NCBI GenBank assembly: GCA_027077895.1
Contig: JALWQZ010000002.1
Location: 1-32,333, forward strand
Origin: Candidatus Micrarchaeota archaeon
Lineage (GTDB): Archaea; B1Sed10-29; WALL01; WAMD01
Direction: 5' to 3'
DNA: 32,333 nt
In this document: piece after piece, positions 25,635 through 32,333 of the stretch
How the letters are laid out: each line of letters begins with the position of its first letter
How positions within the stretch are numbered: position 1 is the stretch's first letter
Made by a program: the position numbers and the translations under genes
Notes under the pieces: model-generated
Seen by the model: only the letters and a program-made list of their open reading frames with translations
Told to the model about the DNA's origin: nothing
Database searches by the model: none

Positions 25635-26174
25635 ATGGAAAAATGGAGGTTCTACGAAAGACAGAGGCTCTCGAAAAGAATGAATATTGTGCCTGATGCA
25701 AAGGTGATTGATAGACGAAACCAGGAATGGTCAACTAGCACTAGGAGTGTAGAGGAAGCATTGAAAAAACCAGACGAAGACGTCAGAGTGACCGCAGTTG
25801 GAACACTCAAAGACAAGGTGATCAATGGGAAGATAAAACTAAGACCTGAACAATTACGTCAAATAAATAAACATTATGAGAGCGAGAGATCGAGTGAAGT
25901 AAAAAAACAAATACTCTTGTTGAACGCACATGTAGGTAATATTGATTTTGTAAATGAGAAGTTGGTAAAAGAAAAAGACAGGAACGTGGTAAAATCAGTG
26001 TTACTGCAACTAGGAGACGCTAAACACCCAGAGATGAATAGGATTGCGTCTCATGTAATAAACAAGCGGAACGAAGAGGACGTAATCAAAACGGCAGTAA
26101 AATCAATGAGACTAGTGAGGGGCCCACACAAGCCAAGATTCAGGGTTAAACAGGTAATAAAGCCCATACCGTGA
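25635..26174 (+). CDS. Hypothetical protein with HEAT-like helical repeats
   Basis: Recurring units 'DEDVRVTAVGTL', 'SSEVKKQILLL', 'DRNVVKSVLLQLG', 'EEDVIKTAVKSM'; TATA-like TTTTTAAATA about 25 nt upstream. Confidence 0.6.
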   Translation: MEKWRFYERQRLSKRMNIVPDAKVIDRRNQEWSTSTRSVEEALKKPDEDVRVTAVGTLKDKVINGKIKLRPEQLRQINKHYESERSSEVKKQILLLNAHVGNIDFVNEKLVKEKDRNVVKSVLLQLGDAKHPEMNRIASHVINKRNEEDVIKTAVKSMRLVRGPHKPRFRVKQVIKPIP

Positions 26175-26179
26175 GGCTA

Positions 26180-26782
26180 ATGGTATTCAGACACTATTTC
26201 TCAGAGGAACCAGTAGAGAGGCCAAAGAAGAGAGAGATAGATGTATTTGTTAGGGGATACTCCCTAAAATTGATTACATACTCAGGGATATTCTCATATA
26301 GACAAATAGACAAGGGAACGAAACTGCTCGCGGAAAACATGATTATACCTGACTCTGGGAAATTTTTAGATCTAGGGTGTGGGTACGGTGTGCTAGGAAT
26401 CATTGCAGGTTTATCAAACCCAAACCTAGACATTTGGTTTATAGACATCAACAAACTAGCAATAAGTGCAACAAAACAGAACGCAAAGAGGTACCTAGAC
26501 AGGTCAAGGTTTAGAATAAAACGGAATGATGGACTGTCTGGGATAGAAGAGACGTTCAAAGCAATTGTCAGTAACCCTCCATACACAGCGGGAAAAAGAG
26601 TGGTGTTCAAGTTTGTATCCGAGAGTTATAAACATTTAGAAACCGGTGGCTGGCTAGAGATGGTCGGTAGGAAAAGCAAGGGTGGAAGAAGTTTAAAGGA
26701 AGAAATGGAGAGGACATTTGGTAATGTAGAGGTCATAGCAAGGGGCTCAGGTTATCAGGTTTATCATAGCGTAAAAGAGTGA
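26180..26782 (+). CDS. RsmC-like class I SAM methyltransferase (MTS domain)
   Basis: 'HYFSE', 'GIFSY..IDKGTKLL', 'LDLGCGYG', 'SNPPY', 'GYQV'. Confidence 0.9.
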   Translation: MVFRHYFSEEPVERPKKREIDVFVRGYSLKLITYSGIFSYRQIDKGTKLLAENMIIPDSGKFLDLGCGYGVLGIIAGLSNPNLDIWFIDINKLAISATKQNAKRYLDRSRFRIKRNDGLSGIEETFKAIVSNPPYTAGKRVVFKFVSESYKHLETGGWLEMVGRKSKGGRSLKEEMERTFGNVEVIARGSGYQVYHSVKE

Positions 26783-26818
26783 ATATTTAAATGTGAAGGT
26801 GGATATAACTATGCCTGT

Positions 26819-26901
26819 GCTGGGGTCGCCTAGCCTGGTAGGGCGCTGGCCTGCTAAGCCAGTGGGCTCCGCCCACGCGGGTTCGAATCCCGCCCCCAGC
26901 G
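26819..26901 (+). tRNA. tRNA-Ser(GCT)
   Basis: Acceptor GCTGGGG/CCCCAGC, anticodon GCT 26853-26855, long variable arm GGGC-TCC-GCCC, discriminator G. Confidence 0.97.
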
Positions 26902-26964
26902 TTTGTCACTCATTCTAGTGTCAAAAACAAAACCATTTAATTGAGTATTGTGTGGAATTAGTAT

Positions 26965-28008
26965 ATGCCAACTTCCGGGAAAACAAGAGAAGTAAAGAGT
27001 ATAATACTAAACGCAATACGCAGAGAGTATGGGGGATTGAAGGAACTTAGAGGCCTCCCTGGGAGAGAAGCAATCAAAAGGATTTCCGCAGCACTAAACG
27101 AAGATGAAGTCGCAAGGATAAGGGATAACGGCATAACATGGAGTTCACTTGAGAGGATATTGTCTTCTATAACAAAGAATCACAGCATAAACAAGGCAGA
27201 ACTCAGAGACTACTACAACAGAGGAAGGCATAAACCAGTCAGTGCAATTGATGCAATAATGATGGAGTGGGAAAAACATCAAAGTACAAAAACACAAGGA
27301 AACGAGAGGAAAACAGAGGTATATAACGACTGGGTGGAACTAACAGATAAACTAAGAACAAAGTACAAGAGGATAAGCGAACCAGAACTGATTATAGAGA
27401 TTGCAAAATCAGGAAAACACAAAACATTGGGAGAAACAGAGTTAATACAGTTAATACTAAGCATGAAAAGAGATTTGGGTGTAGATAGTGCTGACAGATA
27501 TACTGCCATGGCAATAAAGAGATTAGCAGAAAGAGGGGTCATGCCAACCGAAGAGAATGTGGAAAAATTAGAACGGGTAATAGATACAACTTCAGAAATC
27601 AAGGTGAGGAGGAAATTACTAGAAGTTGTTAGATACCACATAAGAAGCAAATACAAGAACCTAATCACCGATATAAAAAAGGTCATCCACGAGGATATAC
27701 CAAAGAACCACCAAATAGCAAGAGCAATATACAAAAAGGGTTATCACAAAAAACTCAGCAAGGAGGAATTGCACAAGATCTTGAGATACGCATTTAACAA
27801 GCACAAAAGAGTGTCCAGAGAAAATATCATTGCTGCAATCGAGGGTGCAGAACACATAGGGAAATGGCCTGAAAACGAAGAGGAAATAGAACAAGCACTG
27901 TCAAATCTCAAATATAGAAGAAAACAGATTGGTGTTATAAGGAAAATATTCAAGGCGAGTTTATCAGAGAAAGGAAACAAATATTTTAGAACAAAGCGCA
28001 AAATATAG
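26965..28008 (+). CDS. Hypothetical basic alpha-helical protein with an internal duplication
   Basis: 347-codon ORF with the same codon style as its neighbours; TATA-like TTTAATT upstream; ends 1 nt before kae1. Confidence 0.7.
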   Translation: MPTSGKTREVKSIILNAIRREYGGLKELRGLPGREAIKRISAALNEDEVARIRDNGITWSSLERILSSITKNHSINKAELRDYYNRGRHKPVSAIDAIMMEWEKHQSTKTQGNERKTEVYNDWVELTDKLRTKYKRISEPELIIEIAKSGKHKTLGETELIQLILSMKRDLGVDSADRYTAMAIKRLAERGVMPTEENVEKLERVIDTTSEIKVRRKLLEVVRYHIRSKYKNLITDIKKVIHEDIPKNHQIARAIYKKGYHKKLSKEELHKILRYAFNKHKRVSRENIIAAIEGAEHIGKWPENEEEIEQALSNLKYRRKQIGVIRKIFKASLSEKGNKYFRTKRKI

Positions 28009-28009
28009 T

Positions 28010-28978
28010 ATGATTGTTTTAGGGATAGAGTCAACAGCACATACATTTGGAGTAGGAATAACAGACGGAAAAAAAGAACTCGCCAATGAGAAGGTAACTT
28101 ATAAGACAACTGGAGGTATACACCCTAGAGAAGCCAGCCAGTTTATGGGGAAAAACGCTCATGTAGTTCTTGAGAATGCTTTAGAAAGTGCCGGGCTCAA
28201 TATAAAAGATATTGATGGAATAGCATTCGCAAGAGGACCAGGGCTTGGTCCATGCCTCAGAGTAGGGGGAACAATGGCACTCTTCCTAGCAAAACACTAT
28301 AATAAACCAATAGTTGGAGTAAACCACTGTGTTGCGCATATTGAAGTAGGCAAGTGGGAACTTGGTTACAAGGATCCGCTTGTCGTGTACGTGTCTGGCG
28401 CAAATACTCAAATTCTTGGTTTAGCAGGCGGAAGATACAGGATATTTGGTGAAACACTAGATATTGGTCTCGGGAATGCAATCGACGTCCTAGGTCGAAG
28501 TTTAGGCTTAGAATTCCCAGCGGGCCCAAAGATAGAATCCTTAGCCAGGAATGGCAAAAGACTAGTAGAACTGCCATACACTGTAAAGGGGATGGATTTA
28601 ACGTTCTCAGGTCTACTGACTGCAGCAAAGAAATTGGTTGGAAAAGAGACACCAGAGAACATAGCGTTCTCCTTCCAGGAGACTATATTTGCAATGCTCG
28701 TTGAGGTGAGTGAGAGAGCGCTGGCACACACAAAGAAAAGAGAAGTCCTTTTAGTTGGGGGAGTGGCTCAGAACAAAAGGTTAAGAGAAATGTTTGAGAA
28801 AATGGTGAAGCCGCACAACGCTAAGTTTGGTTCGCCAAAGCCTGAGTACAATGGCGACAATGGATTCATGATTGCGTTAACAGGATGGAAGATGTTAAAT
28901 TCTGGTATTGCGCATGACAAAGGCAAACTAAATGTTTTGCAGGACTGGAGGACTAATCAAATAGAGATTAGATGGTAA
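28010..28978 (+). CDS. kae1: tRNA t6A37 threonylcarbamoyltransferase Kae1 (stand-alone, not fused to Bud32)
   Basis: 'LGIESTAHTFG', 'GGIHPREA', 'GPGLGPCL', metal motif 'VNHCVAHIE', 'GETLDIGLGN', 'DNGFMIA'. Confidence 0.97.
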   Translation: MIVLGIESTAHTFGVGITDGKKELANEKVTYKTTGGIHPREASQFMGKNAHVVLENALESAGLNIKDIDGIAFARGPGLGPCLRVGGTMALFLAKHYNKPIVGVNHCVAHIEVGKWELGYKDPLVVYVSGANTQILGLAGGRYRIFGETLDIGLGNAIDVLGRSLGLEFPAGPKIESLARNGKRLVELPYTVKGMDLTFSGLLTAAKKLVGKETPENIAFSFQETIFAMLVEVSERALAHTKKREVLLVGGVAQNKRLREMFEKMVKPHNAKFGSPKPEYNGDNGFMIALTGWKMLNSGIAHDKGKLNVLQDWRTNQIEIRW

Positions 28979-29044
28979 AACATATGTATTAAAATAGGCC
29001 GCGACATAATTACAGGGATCAAAATATCAAACAAGAACTAGAAA

Positions 29045-30322
29045 GTGTCAAAAATGAAGGTATACTTGATAGATGGCAGACCAGAAGACAAGATGAGGAA
29101 GATAATTGGAGTTCACAACTTTAAGAACTACATTCTAGAAATAACCAATGTCCCAACAAAGAAAAGGAGTTTCGGCGTTGGGTACATAATATTCAAAAAT
29201 AGATTCCCAGAGGATTTGTGGAGGGGAACGACCCTCGCGATAGAGCACTACATACTAAACTATTTCTACAAGAAGATGAAAAAGGAGGGTGTCAACTGGA
29301 TAAATTTCCAAAGACCGACATCCGCGTTGGTTGCAAGGTCAGGCATAAACATAGATAAGGATAGAACAAGGATACGTCTTATGTTCCACTTCAAGACCCC
29401 ACTGAAACAAAAGAGAATAAATGGAAAAGTCATGGCAAAGGTGTTTGAGAGTCTAATCCCTAAATTAATAACAGAGATGTATAGGATAGACGAGGAAAGA
29501 TATAAGTACCTAAAATGGATAAAGGATGAACTTGATACTCAAATGGAGATCAGGGAATACCTAGCAGAGAACGGGTATCTAGCCTTCATAAGAAAAGGCG
29601 TGAAAATAAATGGGACAGAAGTGAAGATAAGAAAACCAGACAAACTACACACCCAAAACTCTGGGACCATTGAAGGCCTCCTTATACCAGAAGGGAGAAC
29701 AAGACTATCGGGATTTGGTATTGAAATTTTAGACCTGCTGGCAAAGGGGTATTCGTGCTACAAGCCAGACACAAATTATGCGTACGTAAAAACGATTAGG
29801 GATTTGGCGTGGGTACAGAGAGGGGAGGAGAGCCTAGCCAGTTACTCTGATCTACAAGGTGTCCTAGGTACAGACGACCTAGAGTATCCAAATGTGATAT
29901 CACTTGAAAACCTTTCCAGCGCATCAAAACTAATATTTTACAAAGAAGGTACCATCAGACACGAAGAACTATTATCACAGAGGGTCAACAAACCCAAAGC
30001 CAAGGAGGTCATAATCAAAAAAAGGATACCAAAGGTGAAACTGTCTCACGACGGAATTGAATTCGGTGGGACAAATATGAAACTATCGTATGCCTACTCC
30101 ACCGGTTTGATAGAGAGGAATCAATTAAGAGGGGTGGTGGATGCTATAAATTTCTCACAGAAATATGTAAATGGGGACCTGGACATAAAGGGTGTATTCA
30201 CAAGGGCAATAAGAGTAATAAACAAGAGGGGGTTCTCTGCGCTAGGTCTCGGTTTTTACACAGAATTTACAAGGTGGCAGTACTTCTACTTAATGAATAA
30301 ACTAATTCAAGCAAATCCATAG
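29045..30322 (+). CDS. Divergent COG3044 / MRB1590-like ABC-class ATPase homologue lacking the P-loop
   Basis: Recognised from memory of the family: 'IDGR', 'FPEDLW...LAIEHY', 'KRING', '[16 protein letters not shown]', '[14 protein letters not shown]' and C-terminal 'IEFGG...Q.R.V.DAI...I.KRG...R......NKL'. No GxxxxGKS/T anywhere in the ORF. Confidence 0.6.
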   Translation: MSKMKVYLIDGRPEDKMRKIIGVHNFKNYILEITNVPTKKRSFGVGYIIFKNRFPEDLWRGTTLAIEHYILNYFYKKMKKEGVNWINFQRPTSALVARSGINIDKDRTRIRLMFHFKTPLKQKRINGKVMAKVFESLIPKLITEMYRIDEERYKYLKWIKDELDTQMEIREYLAENGYLAFIRKGVKINGTEVKIRKPDKLHTQNSGTIEGLLIPEGRTRLSGFGIEILDLLAKGYSCYKPDTNYAYVKTIRDLAWVQRGEESLASYSDLQGVLGTDDLEYPNVISLENLSSASKLIFYKEGTIRHEELLSQRVNKPKAKEVIIKKRIPKVKLSHDGIEFGGTNMKLSYAYSTGLIERNQLRGVVDAINFSQKYVNGDLDIKGVFTRAIRVINKRGFSALGLGFYTEFTRWQYFYLMNKLIQANP

Positions 30323-30333
30323 GAGGTGGATTA

Positions 30334-32333
30334 ATGAATTGGGAGGTATACCTGGCAATAATATCCAGTGCGCTAGCCATACTATATGCTGGATATGTTG
30401 CATACAAGATTTCCAAAATAAAAGTAAAGAAGGCACAAGTTGAAGAAATACACAAGGCAATAAAAGACGGTGCTAGGGCGTATCTTAAAAGTGAGTACAC
30501 AGTTATTGCAGTGTTTATAGTATCAATGGCAGTAATATTGGGTCTAGCCGTCAGTTGGTGGAGTGCTCTAGCCTTCGTTATAGGTGCAACACTCTCTGCA
30601 AGCGCAGGGTATTTCGGGATGGAAATTGCAACCACAGCAAATGCAAGAACAGCAGAAGCAGCAGAAAAGAGTTTGAACTCTGCACTGAGGACGGCGTTCT
30701 CTGCCGGCTCAGTTATGGGGATGACAGTCGTCGGTCTTGGCCTACTAGGACTTTCTCTAGTGCTCTTGTTGTTAACAGGGGAGGTTGGGCTAAAGCAAGC
30801 AACGGATCTCATAATAGGATTCGGGTTTGGTGCTAGTTCAATTGCCCTGTTTGCTAGAGTTGGTGGTGGCATATATACAAAAGGTGCAGACGTTGGTGCA
30901 GACCTAGTTGGGAAGATAGAGGCAGGGATACCAGAGGATGATCCAAGAAACCCGGCAGCAATAGCAGATAATGTCGGCGACAATGTAGGAGACGTAGCAG
31001 GTATGGGTGCAGACCTATTTGAATCATACGTTGGAAGCCTTATAGCAGCCATGGCACTAGGGTTCGTTGTCCTAGGTGTAAAGGGGGTTATGATACCTCT
31101 AGGCGTCGCAGGATTGGGGATCCTATCGTCACTGGCAGGAACGTACTTCGTTAGGACCAAAGAAGAGATAAAGATGTCTAACCTTCTGTGGGCTCTGAGG
31201 AAAGGAACAATATCTGCGGCGATCCTGTTGGTGATTTTGACGTTCATATACCTAGTGTACGGTATACCCGGAGGATTGGACATATTCCTAGCAATAGCCT
31301 CAGGTCTAGTGGCAGGGATAATCATAGGGTACACAACAGAGTATTATACAAGTGAAGATTATCCAGACACCAAATTCATAGCAGAGTCAAGCCAAACAGG
31401 AGCAGCGACAAACATAATTGCAGGTATATCTGTGGGAATGAAATCAACCACGATACCTGTTCTCACAATAGCAGGAGCAATACTCGCAGCCTATTACTTC
31501 GCAGGCTTATACGGGATAGCAATTGCAGCAGTTGGGATGCTGTCAACTCTTGGGATAACCTTGTCGACGGACGCTTATGGGCCTGTAGCAGACAACGCTG
31601 GAGGAATAGCAGAGATGGCAGGTCTCTCAAAACAGACAAGAAAAAGGACAGACGCCCTAGACTCTCTAGGAAACACAACTGCCGCAGTTGGCAAGGGGTT
31701 CGCAATAGGATCTGCGGCATTGACTGCGCTGTCTCTAATATCTGCTTATGTAGAAGCAGCAAAGATACATCCAAGCCAACTATCCATAGCCAACCCGCTC
31801 GTTCTAGTGGGTATATTCATAGGCGCAGGACTTCCATTCCTATTCTCAGCGATGACAATGAGAGCAGTTGGTAGAACAGCAGAGAAGATGGTAGAGGAGG
31901 TAAGAAGGCAGTTCAAAAGCATAAAGGGTATACTAGAAGGAAAGGCAAGGCCAGATTACACAAAATGTGTCGAGATATCAACAAGGCATGCGCTAAAAGA
32001 GATGGTCGCCCCAGGTGTTCTAGCCATAGTGACTCCGTTGCTAGTTGGGTTCGTACTAGGGCCCCTCGCTCTAGGTGGACTTCTAGTTGGAGCAACAGCG
32101 ACCGGGTTCGTCCTAGCGGTGTTCATGGCAAACGCAGGGGGTGCATGGGATAACGCAAAGAAGTACATAGAGTCAGGGCATCTAGGTGGGAAGGGAAGTG
32201 ATACACAAAGAGCGGCAATAGTAGGAGACACAGTAGGAGATCCATTCAAGGACACAAGCGGACCAAGTTTGAACATTCTAATAAAACTAATGAGTATGGT
32301 GTCCCTAGTATTTGCCCCACTAATAATTGCCAT
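30334..32333 (+). CDS. hppA: Membrane-bound K+-dependent (probably Na+-translocating) pyrophosphatase; runs off the window just before its C-terminus; not in the ORF track
   Basis: Manual translation from ATG 30334 (SD GGAGGTG): '[58 protein letters not shown]', '[12 protein letters not shown]', '[12 protein letters not shown]', '[12 protein letters not shown]', '[14 protein letters not shown]'. Confidence 0.97.
   Translation, partial: MNWEVYLAIISSALAILYAGYVAYKISKIKVKKAQVEEIHKAIKDGARAYLKSEYTVIAVFIVSMAVILGLAVSWWSALAFVIGATLSASAGYFGMEIATTANARTAEAAEKSLNSALRTAFSAGSVMGMTVVGLGLLGLSLVLLLLTGEVGLKQATDLIIGFGFGASSIALFARVGGGIYTKGADVGADLVGKIEAGIPEDDPRNPAAIADNVGDNVGDVAGMGADLFESYVGSLIAAMALGFVVLGVKGVMIPLGVAGLGILSSLAGTYFVRTKEEIKMSNLLWALRKGTISAAILLVILTFIYLVYGIPGGLDIFLAIASGLVAGIIIGYTTEYYTSEDYPDTKFIAESSQTGAATNIIAGISVGMKSTTIPVLTIAGAILAAYYFAGLYGIAIAAVGMLSTLGITLSTDAYGPVADNAGGIAEMAGLSKQTRKRTDALDSLGNTTAAVGKGFAIGSAALTALSLISAYVEAAKIHPSQLSIANPLVLVGIFIGAGLPFLFSAMTMRAVGRTAEKMVEEVRRQFKSIKGILEGKARPDYTKCVEISTRHALKEMVAPGVLAIVTPLLVGFVLGPLALGGLLVGATATGFVLAVFMANAGGAWDNAKKYIESGHLGGKGSDTQRAAIVGDTVGDPFKDTSGPSLNILIKLMSMVSLVFAPLIIA

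Noticed and set aside
30267..31334. 355-aa minus-strand ORF, plus other minus ORFs to 32333
   Set aside because: Antisense shadow of the + strand membrane pyrophosphatase, which the ORF track missed because its stop is outside the window.
1..32333. CRISPR arrays, transposases, integrases, defence systems
   Set aside because: No regularly spaced repeats or recognisable mobile-element or defence proteins were seen.

Overview
Archaeal chromosomal window, probably from a reduced DPANN-type genome (inferred from gene content: form III-type RuBisCO, compact r-protein cluster, orphan basic proteins). From left to right it holds: the 3' part of a large cell-surface glycoprotein (DUF2341/CARDB-like); a single-OB SSB; tRNA-Thr; a lipoprotein DJ-1/PfpI; intron-containing tRNA-Tyr; a SAM methyltransferase split by a +1 frameshift in an A7 run; a PAP2 phosphatase; a tightly packed MscS / P3A H+-ATPase / RuBisCO unit; tRNA-Asp; a structured 250-nt intergenic region (candidate sRNA plus candidate r-protein leader); the archaeal S10-spc cluster (uL3 to uL15, secY, DUF106, eL14, cbf5); a HEAT-like orphan; an RsmC-like methyltransferase; tRNA-Ser; an orphan with an internal repeat; kae1; a degenerate COG3044/MRB1590-like pseudo-ATPase; and a K+-dependent membrane pyrophosphatase running off the right edge. 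rps14 and hppA are absent from the supplied ORF track and were read directly from the sequence. No CRISPR array, integrase or transposase was seen. All family calls come from motif recognition, not database searches.
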